Source of the DNA: an uncultured Bacteriovorax sp.
Lineage (GTDB): Bacteria > Bdellovibrionota > Bacteriovoracia > Bacteriovoracales > Bacteriovoracaceae
DNA length: 55,879 bases
Direction: 5' to 3'
Assembly (NCBI GenBank): GCA_964459395.1
Contig: CAYWMU010000001.1
Span: 1-55,879, forward strand
Positions within the stretch are counted from its first letter, which is position 1, and every line of letters begins with the position of its first letter. Below, in pieces: positions 47,071 to 55,879 of the stretch. The translations under genes and the position numbers were made by a program. Below the pieces are notes generated by a model. The model made no database searches. It saw only the letters and a program-made list of their open reading frames with translations, and had not been told where the DNA came from.

Positions 47071-48174
47071 CTAGAAGCCTGTGGCAAATGAGAGAACCCA
47101 ACGACGATCTTCTTTCTCACGGAAGCCATCAAGAGAGCGATCAATAGCGTAAGTTGTTAAATCAAGAGTCATCATTCTTAATTTAACCCCAATTCCACCT
47201 GATCCCCATCCATCGCCATATCCCGCACGTAAAAAGAGCTTTCGAGCAATATCGAGCTCCATTCCGGCCGCCAAACGTCGTTTTATGTCAGTTTGGTAAG
47301 AGTCGTTTAAATCTTTTAGATTTAGCTCTAAGTGTATGCGAGAGGCTTGACCAATTTGGGGAGTAATTGAAAAACCTACATCAACTGTTTGTTTAATTTT
47401 GTCGGGTGCTAAATCATAGTCTTTATCTTTACTAAATTTAGCGTCAGTAGCATTTCTTAATACCGCTGAAAATGTCGGAAGATAATCATATGGAAGAGTT
47501 AATCGAGCACCTGCAGTTACTTGTACTGAGTTTCCACCCGTATAATCAGAGTCGGAAATATTAATACTTTCTGTCGGGCCAATATTTTTATAAAGATCTC
47601 TTCTCATCAAATAGACGGCCGATGCTCCAATTTTAAAAATCCCTCCAAAGAAAGAGGCATTAAGGGCCATAACCGGACCATGATCTCTTCTCTCTGCAAT
47701 TTCAAATTCGTTAGCTGCGTCGTTATTAATAATACTTCTATTTCTCTGAGAAACCATATAACCAAGAGTCAAACCTCGGACCGTAAAGTTTGGAAAGAGG
47801 TTAATTCTTGAATGCATGAGTTCACCTTGATTTTTTACAAGGAGACTTCTCATTTTCTCTGGATCGTAAGAATCAATATAGTTGCCAGGAATTTTATAAG
47901 CAGGACCATCACTCATTGCACTCATTAATTTCCCAGAACTTTCCAAATGAATATTGGCCAAATGAAAAGTTGGACGGCGAACAGTACCTAAACCAGCTGG
48001 GTTATAAAAAGCAGACCATGCATCATCAACTTTATTAATGAAAGCATTTCCCATAGCAAGAGCACGTGCAGAGGTTACAAGTTCTGGAAATGCATGATCT
48101 TCAAAATCGAGAGCTGCAAAGGATGAACTCGAAGAACAAAGGATGAATGTCAGAATACCTGTCTTTAACTTCAT
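47071..48174 (-). CDS. Outer-membrane beta-barrel, FadL/PorV/TraF-like
   Basis: Signal peptide, SARALAMGNAF...DD..SAFYNPAGL plug motif, LRAGY, C-terminal Phe. Confidence 0.75.
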   Translation of the reverse strand: MKLKTGILTFILCSSSSSFAALDFEDHAFPELVTSARALAMGNAFINKVDDAWSAFYNPAGLGTVRRPTFHLANIHLESSGKLMSAMSDGPAYKIPGNYIDSYDPEKMRSLLVKNQGELMHSRINLFPNFTVRGLTLGYMVSQRNRSIINNDAANEFEIAERRDHGPVMALNASFFGGIFKIGASAVYLMRRDLYKNIGPTESINISDSDYTGGNSVQVTAGARLTLPYDYLPTFSAVLRNATDAKFSKDKDYDLAPDKIKQTVDVGFSITPQIGQASRIHLELNLKDLNDSYQTDIKRRLAAGMELDIARKLFLRAGYGDGWGSGGIGVKLRMMTLDLTTYAIDRSLDGFREKEDRRWVLSFATGF

Positions 48175-48223
48175 ACTCTCCTATTTTAGACCTAAAACTT
48201 TTCTCATTACAGATCGGTAAACT

Positions 48224-48925
48224 CTACCAACCATAACCTAAACTAAAACCTGTGCGATAGGCCCATTTATCATTTGTTTTCGAAGTCTCAAGGACTTGAA
48301 GGCCTGTCTCAATTTTAAAGATAAAGCCTTGAAGATTAAATTCACCACCGGCCATTAAGAAATATATATCACTTCGAATACGTGGTCTTTCTCCACTGAA
48401 GAAGCCTTTTTTCACCTTGGCCTTATAATTGTACTTCCCGTACCCAAGAGAAGCATATGGCATGAAGAACTGATTTATACGAAGGCCATACAGTCCCCAA
48501 AATTCCTGAGCGTTCAGAGTAAATTCAATATCCTTTTTATCTGACTCGTGAGTGTTACCACCTACTAGGTAAGCAAATGAGAGCTTCGTTCCATTCCCTC
48601 CTCGATCGCCACCTATGGCTTGATATTTACCCCCAATTAAGGAATTCCCCGAGGCAATGTGAGACCAAACGAGATCAAACCGATCAAATAATCCGGAAGA
48701 AAACTGATATCCAGATCGAGAAATATCTTCATATCGAACTCCCTCAATACCATTATCTCCACCAGAAAGTTTCGCTTCATGAGCAGTTGTTTTATGGAGT
48801 TCAATACTTGTCTTAAATCCTCCACCTTGGGTCTCAGGAGTTAAGAAACGTTGAGATGGTAAGATAAAACGGCTAGCACAACCAGTTACTAAAAAACTCA
48901 GGAATAAAAGAATGAAATTTCTCAT
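48224..48925 (-). CDS. Hypothetical lipoprotein with beta-barrel character
   Basis: Lipobox VTGC, alternating aromatic strands, C-terminal GFSLGYGW. Confidence 0.7.
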   Translation of the reverse strand: MRNFILLFLSFLVTGCASRFILPSQRFLTPETQGGGFKTSIELHKTTAHEAKLSGGDNGIEGVRYEDISRSGYQFSSGLFDRFDLVWSHIASGNSLIGGKYQAIGGDRGGNGTKLSFAYLVGGNTHESDKKDIEFTLNAQEFWGLYGLRINQFFMPYASLGYGKYNYKAKVKKGFFSGERPRIRSDIYFLMAGGEFNLQGFIFKIETGLQVLETSKTNDKWAYRTGFSLGYGW

Positions 48926-48991
48926 ACCTCATTCTAACAATTTGAAACCTGTTTGAATGAAAGTGGCAAAAACTTCCCTCTCTGATGGTCT

Positions 48992-49019
48992 TAAACTTCC
49001 TTAAGAAAAGTTCCGAAAA
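48992..49019 (+). promoter_or_regulatory. Putative sigma28-type promoter
   Basis: TAAA-N16-TCCGAAAA, ending 7 nt before GTG 49027; no SD. Confidence 0.55.
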
Positions 49020-49026
49020 ATAGAAT

Positions 49027-52000
49027 GTGAGTAAGCTAATTATCATTCTTATATCTTTTCTTTTAGTGGCATGTCAGGTTGAGAAAAAATCTGGCAAGGA
49101 TGACTATATCGCTGATCACAGAAGTGCTACTAACAGCTTCACCATCAAGACATCTCATTCTGGTAACTTCAAAACTGATGATGTTCTCACTTTCACTCTT
49201 TCGTTTCCTTCTAACGTCCTCGTTACTGGATCTCCTCGACTTACACTAGAGATAGGAAGTACCACTCGTTATGCGGAATATGTAAGTGGAGATAAAAGTA
49301 AGACTCTAACTTTTACTTATACTGTTCAGGCAAGTGATAACGATAGTGATGGAATTCGTTTCCAAGGCATCAATCTGAATGGCGCAACTCTTCAGTTCTA
49401 TCTCAAAGAAGAACTAACAGATTGTTCGACTTCCATCAAAGCTGTTCATTACACCAATATTAAAATTGATAATGCAGCTCCTACGATTACCGCCATTACT
49501 CACGCTCATGCACCAGGAGCTTATTATTGGAATGATGAACTGACATTTTCTGTCGTTTATGATGAGAGAGTTTATGTTACCGGCTCCCCCACTCTTAGGG
49601 TTGAAATAGGTAATGATAATTGGGAAGAGCTTCCCTATGTTTCAGGCTCAGGAACCCAGAGCTTAAACTTTCGCTACACCATTAAAAACAATGTCAGCGA
49701 CACTAATGGTCTTATCTTTAATGCTACACCAATTACTCTTGCAGGAGGAACAATCAAAGATGCCAACGGCAATGATGCTTCCAATGTCCTACCAGGCACA
49801 ATTGCTCCCACTGCAGGACTTCTGATTAACGGAAGAGTTCCTCGGTTAGTTGACGTCATTCTTCCAGAAAATAATACATATCGCGTATCTCAACACCTAG
49901 ATTTCCACCTTGTCTTTGATCGGCCTGTCTCCATTACTGGAACAGCACCATTTCTTAATTTGGTAGTGGGAACAACTAATCATCAGGCGGATCTCTTAGA
50001 AGGAAGTGGCAGTGATACTCTCACATTCCGCTATACTCCACTACCAGGACATGTTGATACCGATGGTATCACTTTAAATAATCTTATCACCAATCCTACA
50101 TCCATTCGCAATGCTGCTTCAACTGGTAATAATATGAACCAATTGCCTAACAATAATAATCTTGGTTCTCCAGATACCACTGGCATCATTGTTAATGCCG
50201 TTCTGCCAAGAATTGAACGCATCTCTCGTGGAACTGATACGACTCCGAGTGTGAACGGAGGAACGCGAGATGACGTGTGGATTATAGGCCAAGAACTTCA
50301 TTTAATTGCTGAGTTTAATACAGTTATTCGAGTCAATATCGATAATGGAGCACCTGTTCTCAATTTTAGTATTGGAGGAGTTCCTAAAGTAGCTACCTAC
50401 CTCACAGGAGGAGAAGGCGCCGACACCATGACCTTTGTCTACACCGTAGAGGAAGGTGATCAATCCACCGGTAGTGAAATCAATATCACAAATATACAAC
50501 TCAATAATGCTGTCGTTACGGATGAAGCGGGAACCATTCCGAACTTTACTATTCCTAATACGACTGTCACCAATACCACTGTTGATGGAATTAGACCTAC
50601 CATTACAGGAATGACTCCTCCGGTGGATGGGTTTTATCGAAATGGTCATGGAACAGCGACTTTAAGTAGACTCGATATGAGTCTTCAATTCAGTGAACCG
50701 GTCAATATTCCTTCGACTCAAGTGGGAGTTGATATCAATTTGACGACAGGTCCAGTGCGAGCGACTTACACCAATACAAACAATAATACGGCAAGCATTC
50801 CATTCCACTATACTATCGCTAATAATGTTGAAGATTTAGATGGTATCAGTATCAACTCTCCACTTTACGTAGGAACTCATATCATTCGCGACTTAGCAGG
50901 AAACACAATCAGTAATGTTACCTTTCCGATTATTCCTACTCCAACTGTTATCATTGATAATACTCCTCCTCGGGCTTCGATCACCAGTGAACCAGCTTCA
51001 GGTACTTACCTCGTCGGCAATGTTCTAACCTTCGAACTGACCTTCGATGAAATTGTGAACATTAATTCTGTTGGCGGTTATCCAAGAATTCCTATAGGTG
51101 GTTTATCTCCGGCAAGATACCTCACTCCCGATTTCACAGGAGTCCAGTCCGGCACCTCTTTTACTTTCAGCTACACAATTCAAAGTGGTGACTCGGCTTT
51201 AACTCCTATTACTCTCGGAAATATTGCCAATGGTTCTGGTTCATACATTCAAGATAGGGCCACGAATTCCTTCACCCAAGTACCTTTAAACCTTTCAAAC
51301 TCCATCATGATCGATGCCGCTCCTGCCACTGTCACTTCACGCAGTATCAGTAGTGCCGGCTTTTATCGACCAGGAGAGACTTTAAGAATCACCTTAAATT
51401 TCTCAAGACAAGTTGAAGTCAATGAAACTGGTGGCACTCCTCGCATTAGAGCAAGTGTCGGAGGAGTCAATTATGACTTCAATTATGTCTCTGGTAGTGA
51501 ATCAGAGACTCTTATTTTTGAACACACTATTTCTAACCAGACTCTTCAATGGGCAGGTTTAGGAAACGTTACTAGTGTTACACTTAACGGAGGGGAAATT
51601 ATCGGGGACAATATGGTAGATGCGAATTTAAACTTCACCTCCCTTAGTCTTGCAGGTATTCAAATTCTCCCGACGAAGTTTCTTGCTTGGGCCGATGGCT
51701 CACTCACCGATATTATTTCAAACTCTGAAGAAGTATTTGCAGGAAGCTTAAACCTTAATGGCTCTAACTCTTTAACCACCACGCAAACGACTCGAGTTAT
51801 TATTACCCGTATTACTTTCGACTCAACCTCTGGATCAATCTTAAATAATATCTCTTATAATGAGGGCGCTGGACTTATTATTACCGACCCACCAAATAGA
51901 ATCCAGAGTTTACGAATCAATGGCACGTCAGTTTCGAAAGTGGGGAATGATTATTCTTTGGGAGTTGCAGTAGGTGCATCATTTGTTCTTGAGATTGAGT

Positions 52001-52122
52001 TAAATTCAACCCTCACTGGCACCCTATTTAGTACGAATTTTATGGGACAAATCCAAAGCATAATGCTCTTTGATTCATCCCTAAATGCCGCAGAAAGAAC
52101 AATGGTCTATAATGAGATTTAA
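49027..52122 (+). CDS. Surface lipoprotein with 7 Ig-like repeats and a C-terminal LamG-like domain
   Basis: Lipobox LVAC; ~120-aa repeats (F...V.V.G.P...Y.SG.G...L.F.YT....D.DG...I.D..GN...ID..P); C-terminal FMGQIQSIMLFDSSLNAAE. Confidence 0.8.
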   Translation: MSKLIIILISFLLVACQVEKKSGKDDYIADHRSATNSFTIKTSHSGNFKTDDVLTFTLSFPSNVLVTGSPRLTLEIGSTTRYAEYVSGDKSKTLTFTYTVQASDNDSDGIRFQGINLNGATLQFYLKEELTDCSTSIKAVHYTNIKIDNAAPTITAITHAHAPGAYYWNDELTFSVVYDERVYVTGSPTLRVEIGNDNWEELPYVSGSGTQSLNFRYTIKNNVSDTNGLIFNATPITLAGGTIKDANGNDASNVLPGTIAPTAGLLINGRVPRLVDVILPENNTYRVSQHLDFHLVFDRPVSITGTAPFLNLVVGTTNHQADLLEGSGSDTLTFRYTPLPGHVDTDGITLNNLITNPTSIRNAASTGNNMNQLPNNNNLGSPDTTGIIVNAVLPRIERISRGTDTTPSVNGGTRDDVWIIGQELHLIAEFNTVIRVNIDNGAPVLNFSIGGVPKVATYLTGGEGADTMTFVYTVEEGDQSTGSEINITNIQLNNAVVTDEAGTIPNFTIPNTTVTNTTVDGIRPTITGMTPPVDGFYRNGHGTATLSRLDMSLQFSEPVNIPSTQVGVDINLTTGPVRATYTNTNNNTASIPFHYTIANNVEDLDGISINSPLYVGTHIIRDLAGNTISNVTFPIIPTPTVIIDNTPPRASITSEPASGTYLVGNVLTFELTFDEIVNINSVGGYPRIPIGGLSPARYLTPDFTGVQSGTSFTFSYTIQSGDSALTPITLGNIANGSGSYIQDRATNSFTQVPLNLSNSIMIDAAPATVTSRSISSAGFYRPGETLRITLNFSRQVEVNETGGTPRIRASVGGVNYDFNYVSGSESETLIFEHTISNQTLQWAGLGNVTSVTLNGGEIIGDNMVDANLNFTSLSLAGIQILPTKFLAWADGSLTDIISNSEEVFAGSLNLNGSNSLTTTQTTRVIITRITFDSTSGSILNNISYNEGAGLIITDPPNRIQSLRINGTSVSKVGNDYSLGVAVGASFVLEIELNSTLTGTLFSTNFMGQIQSIMLFDSSLNAAERTMVYNEI

Positions 52123-52128
52123 CGGATA

Positions 52129-52320
52129 CTAATGAAGTGTTCTTTTAGGTTGAGGATCTTTATTGAGAGTTAAAGCTAAATCATCGTAGTCTTGTTCATG
52201 TTCTTTTTTTTCTTTGATAACGATCTTCGGACCTTCAGTCATCTTTTTAATTTCTTCTAAAATCTTCTTTTGAAAAATATGAGAATAAGCACTAATTCTT
52301 CGTTTAATCTTAAGCTGCAT
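52129..52320 (-). CDS. Small hypothetical protein
   Basis: 63 aa, SD GGAGG upstream, fills the intergenic gap. Confidence 0.6.
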   Translation of the reverse strand: MQLKIKRRISAYSHIFQKKILEEIKKMTEGPKIVIKEKKEHEQDYDDLALTLNKDPQPKRTLH

Positions 52321-52381
52321 ACCCTACCTCCAAAGCATATTGCCCATAATGGGCAACTTTATAAGAAGCAGTATTCATGCC

Positions 52382-52407
52382 AAAAAAAAGCCCTCACAAA
52401 GAGAGCT
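52382..52407 (-). terminator. Intrinsic terminator after ldh
   Basis: AGCTCTC-TTTGT-GAGGGCT followed by a T run on the minus strand. Confidence 0.7.
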
Positions 52408-53479
52408 ATTTCTTACCAAGGTAATTCGTTTTAATCTGCTTGATGGCCTGAATGCGGTTCTCGGCCATAACGTCCGCAGCGCGATTAACGGGAATATTTT
52501 GTTCATCGGCAATCTGAAAAACTTCGAGCGTTTTATCATAGATGGTATCAACCATGCGACGAGATTTAGAGTCACTCCAACCGTCAAATTCAATCGACAC
52601 ATTCATCACCCCGCCGGCGTTAACTAAGTAGTCTGGCGCATAGAGAATGCCCTTATCTTTTAGAATCTGCCCGTGACGATCTTCTTTAAGCTGATTGTTA
52701 GCTGCTCCACAAACGACTTTTGCTTTGAGCATAGGGATTGTTTCATCATTGATCGAAGCACCTAATGCACAAGGAGAATAAACATCACATGTAACGCCAA
52801 AGATATCTTGTGGTGAAACAAACTGAGCATTACTAAGATTTTTCTTCATACGCTCAATATTTTTTTCGTTAACATCAGTAAAAATAATATTGGCCCCTGC
52901 TTCGGTGAGAAGTTTTGCTAACTCAAAGCCAACAGAACCGACACCTTGAATCGCCACCGTTTTACCTTTAAGGTTTCTTGAACCAAAAGCTTTGGTAACA
53001 GAAGCTTCTAGACCGCGAAATACACCTAAGGCGGTATAAGGAGATGGATTTCCTGATCCACCATTCTCTTTGGCAACGCCTGTGACAAAACGGGTTTCAC
53101 GGTGAATATATTCTATATCTTGAACAGTAGTGTTCACATCTTCAGCTGTTATATAGCGACCATTAAGGGACTCAACAAAACGTCCAAAGGATCTAAAGAG
53201 GGCCTCACTCTTTTCTTTAGGGTCAGCAATGATAACGGCCTTACCACCACCTAAGTGAAGTCCAGAGATTGAGTTTTTATAAGTCATGCCTCGTGAAAGT
53301 CTCAGCACATCGATCAATGCATCCTCTTCCTTCTCATAAGGCCACAGGCGCGTTCCCCCAAGTGCTGGCCCAAGGGTTGTATCATGAATGCCAATGATGG
53401 CCTTTAAACCTGAATTCTTATCTTGAACGAAGACGACCTCTTCGTGTCCCATGGAATACATCTTTTCTAGAGTTAACAT
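52406..53479 (-). CDS. ldh: Leucine dehydrogenase (Glu/Leu/Phe/Val dehydrogenase family)
   Basis: HDTTLGPALGGTR, LSRGMTYK, GGGKAVI, GRYITAEDV, QGVGSVG, GAANNQL. Start ATG 53479 with SD AAGGAGG. Confidence 0.92.
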   Translation of the reverse strand: MLTLEKMYSMGHEEVVFVQDKNSGLKAIIGIHDTTLGPALGGTRLWPYEKEEDALIDVLRLSRGMTYKNSISGLHLGGGKAVIIADPKEKSEALFRSFGRFVESLNGRYITAEDVNTTVQDIEYIHRETRFVTGVAKENGGSGNPSPYTALGVFRGLEASVTKAFGSRNLKGKTVAIQGVGSVGFELAKLLTEAGANIIFTDVNEKNIERMKKNLSNAQFVSPQDIFGVTCDVYSPCALGASINDETIPMLKAKVVCGAANNQLKEDRHGQILKDKGILYAPDYLVNAGGVMNVSIEFDGWSDSKSRRMVDTIYDKTLEVFQIADEQNIPVNRAADVMAENRIQAIKQIKTNYLGKK

Positions 53480-53593
53480 GTCGGCCTCCTTCACCACATT
53501 TAAGCAGTGACCAGAATCTGAAGTTCGGTTAAACTTTAACTTTACGAATGAAGTTTCTGCCTCTCATTAGCATTTGACAAGGATGTTTTTTTC

Positions 53594-53899
53594 ATGCCTA
53601 AAGTGACAATCATTGATACGCATCAAGTGTTTGAAATTGAAAAAGACTCCATCATTCATGATGCACTCGACGCACAAGATCTTAAGCTTCCTCACGGTTG
53701 TCTTGCTGGTTCATGCGGAGCATGTCGCATTGAAGTTCTTAATCCTGAAGCTCTTCATCCCGCGAGTGCTGTTGAGCAAAATACTATTGATGCATTAAAT
53801 GACGAACGAAAAGATGCAGGTCTTGAACCCCTTGAAATTCGTCTCAGTTGTCGTGCGAAAATTCTAACTGATGTTGAAATCAGACTTATAAAAGACTAA
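53594..53899 (+). CDS. 2Fe-2S ferredoxin
   Basis: GCLAGSCGAC...RLSC. Confidence 0.9.
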   Translation: MPKVTIIDTHQVFEIEKDSIIHDALDAQDLKLPHGCLAGSCGACRIEVLNPEALHPASAVEQNTIDALNDERKDAGLEPLEIRLSCRAKILTDVEIRLIKD

Positions 53900-54867
53900 C
53901 GCTTTTTGATTCTAATTTTCTGATTTATTTCTGTAGCTGCAGAAACCGCATGATCCCAGGCCGTATAGATTTGCTTTCTCGTATTGGCCTTCAGGTCCCC
54001 CGCTACATAGAGATTACTCACACTGGTTTCACCACTAGTATTGGCCTTCACAAACCCGCGTTCATCAAGATCGGCTCCAAGCATTTTAGCAAGTTCGTTA
54101 TAAACAATCATACCGAGTGAAACAAAACAAATATCAACAGGTATATCGCCATGATCTTTTAAAGTTATACGAGAAAGAATTCCCTTCTCTTCACCTTCAA
54201 AACCTGTGATCTCATTTTTTATAATTTGAAACTTATACTTCTCAATGAGTTTTTGAGTTTCCTCATTAAACTGAGTATCTTGCCCATGTGTGAGAATCGT
54301 AATCGGGACATGGTAGCGTTCATGAAGCATGATAGCGACCCAAGCTGCGCTGGTAGTGTGACCAATAACAGCTGTCTTTTTATTGAGCACATGATGTCCA
54401 TCACAGATTAAACAGTAGTCTGCGGTTTGAGCATTAGCATAATCAAAAATTGGTTCGATGCTGCCATTGACCACAGGCTGAACGTCAGCGACACCTGTAC
54501 AGAGAATAACGTACTGAGCGTAATAGACTTCATTCTTAGAACTCGTAATCTCGAACGTTTCATCTTCAAGTTTTTTAATGGAAGTGACGCCCACATTTTT
54601 GTGAATGAAAAATTTATCTTTAAAGTCTGAACTTTGAAGCCACTTAATCGTGGCCATATTTGGCTCTTCAATACCTCGTTTGTATTCAAGGTGGGCCGGC
54701 ATGTTTTCCACACGCCTTACCCATAGAGCTCGAGATCTTTTCTTATCTTTTGGAGTTCCGGGGAAAAAAAGACATTCATCGTTATTAAGCACTGTTCGAA
54801 GAGCGGCCATCGTTCCAGCTGAACCGCCTCCAATCACACAAACTTGATAAATCTTTCTCTCATTCAT
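53896..54867 (-). CDS. TrxB-like FAD-dependent disulfide oxidoreductase
   Basis: VIGGGSAG, ILCTG, YCLICDG, TSVSNLYVAGD. Confidence 0.85.
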   Translation of the reverse strand: MNERKIYQVCVIGGGSAGTMAALRTVLNNDECLFFPGTPKDKKRSRALWVRRVENMPAHLEYKRGIEEPNMATIKWLQSSDFKDKFFIHKNVGVTSIKKLEDETFEITSSKNEVYYAQYVILCTGVADVQPVVNGSIEPIFDYANAQTADYCLICDGHHVLNKKTAVIGHTTSAAWVAIMLHERYHVPITILTHGQDTQFNEETQKLIEKYKFQIIKNEITGFEGEEKGILSRITLKDHGDIPVDICFVSLGMIVYNELAKMLGADLDERGFVKANTSGETSVSNLYVAGDLKANTRKQIYTAWDHAVSAATEINQKIRIKKR

Positions 54868-54873
54868 AGGAAC

Positions 54874-55879
54874 CTATTTGGCAACAACAATCCTATTATC
54901 TTCCTTCTCATCTCTTTTTTCATCGTGATGAGGATCCATAATATGATCACCCGTCGTTGATTTAATTTTTACTTCTTTTATTTCAAAGTTTTTAACGCGA
55001 GTAAGCTCAAACGAGAATTTATCCCAAATGATCATATGACCTTTTCTAGGAAAGTTGTTGCCCAGGTGTTCCATGATAAAACCATTCAAGGTTGAATAGT
55101 TATCATTGAGTGGGATCTTAATATCATATTCATTATAAAGATCTCTGAGTGAAATCGTAGGAGGAACAACGACTCCCTCTGCCGACTCCACTCCAGGGAT
55201 ACAATCTTCTTCATCATCATGCTCATCTTGAATCTCTCCAAAGATTTCTTCCATAATGTCTTCAAGAGTTAGCATCCCTACAACAATACCGTTTTCATCT
55301 TTAACAAGGGCAAGGTGAACTTTCTTTCTATTCATGTGGTCAAACACCGCATGAATCTTCATATGCTCATATACATAGAATGGAGGCTTAACATACTTCG
55401 TAACATTGAAGTTAATGCGCGCCTTATCTTCTATGAAAGCTAAGTCCTTAACGTGTAAGAACCCAAGAACCTCATCAAGGTCTTCATCATAGACAGGGTA
55501 ACGAGAGTGAGCATCTTCTTTAACAAGCTTAATCACTTCTTCATAGCTCATGTCTTTTTGAATTCCCTCAATACTCGTGCGAGGGACCATGATGTCTTTA
55601 ACTTTAATAGATGGGAATTCTAAAATAGAAGTAAGAAGCTCAAGTTGCTTTGAGTCCATACTCTTCTTTTCTTCGGCCATCTCAACCATTACTTCAATAT
55701 CGTCTTTAGTAACTTGGCGGCCTTGAACGTGAGCATTTTTACCTAGAACTAATTCAATCACTTTCATGAATGCTTTAATAATAGGAAAAAGACCGTAGTA
55801 ACAACCTATTAATAAGACCATACAAAATGGCGCTATTTTCTCTGCATTTCCTCTGGCAAAAGTTTTAGGAAGGATCTCT
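54874..55879 (-). CDS. CNNM/HlyC/CorC transporter (DUF21-CBS-CorC), 5'-partial
   Basis: Frame open to the window end (EILPKTFA); IMVPR, HSRYPVY, TLEDIMEEIFGEIQDEHD, TLNGFI. Confidence 0.92.
   Translation of the reverse strand, partial: EILPKTFARGNAEKIAPFCMVLLIGCYYGLFPIIKAFMKVIELVLGKNAHVQGRQVTKDDIEVMVEMAEEKKSMDSKQLELLTSILEFPSIKVKDIMVPRTSIEGIQKDMSYEEVIKLVKEDAHSRYPVYDEDLDEVLGFLHVKDLAFIEDKARINFNVTKYVKPPFYVYEHMKIHAVFDHMNRKKVHLALVKDENGIVVGMLTLEDIMEEIFGEIQDEHDDEEDCIPGVESAEGVVVPPTISLRDLYNEYDIKIPLNDNYSTLNGFIMEHLGNNFPRKGHMIIWDKFSFELTRVKNFEIKEVKIKSTTGDHIMDPHHDEKRDEKEDNRIVVAK

Noticed and set aside
48210-48218. ACCGATCT as a sigma28 -10 for the 47071..48174 barrel
   Set aside because: Weak match, no -35, and the gene has a normal SD.
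2950-54847. Numerous 60-170 aa ORFs nested within or antisense to long genes
   Set aside because: They overlap well-supported CDSs and show no recognisable motifs; expected by chance.
1-55879. CRISPR array, IS, integrase, prophage or defence island
   Set aside because: No repeat-spacer pattern, transposase, integrase or phage structural cluster seen. The Cas4-like Cys/PD-(D/E)XK domains belong to the AddAB-like pair.

Overview
AT-rich bacterial chromosomal segment. Gene content points by inference to a predatory Bdellovibrionota, probably Bacteriovoracia-like: a Glt gliding-type cluster, a MAT-like trimeric fibre adhesin, an Ig-repeat lipoprotein and amino-acid catabolism genes. In order it holds a fibre adhesin gene split by an A9 tract and running off the left end; a beta-barrel-gltC-D-E-F-G cluster; addBA-like helicase-nuclease genes; hslO; a FadF/HdrD-like Fe-S oxidoreductase followed by three secreted unknowns; hisS-valS; a fabI operon; a metzincin lipoprotein; an unannotated 23-codon sORF unit; hisC-FAH-hmgA; a TIGR03546/TIGR03545-like pair; a fused E1 alpha/beta dehydrogenase; a B12 radical SAM fusion; two outer-membrane barrels; a 7-repeat Ig-like lipoprotein; ldh; a ferredoxin; a TrxB-like flavoprotein; and a partial CNNM/CorC gene. 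I saw no CRISPR array, complete RNA gene or mobile element. The strongest leads are: (1) the A9 frameshift joining a signal-peptide ORF to a >640-codon fibre frame; (2) sigma28-like promoters positioned to give leaderless mRNAs for three surface proteins, one with its AUG locked in a hairpin; (3) a self-contained sORF with a sequestered Shine-Dalgarno (SD); (4) a tRNA T-arm mimic upstream of the radical SAM gene; (5) several apparent pseudoenzymes. All family assignments come from motif recognition by eye, not database searches.
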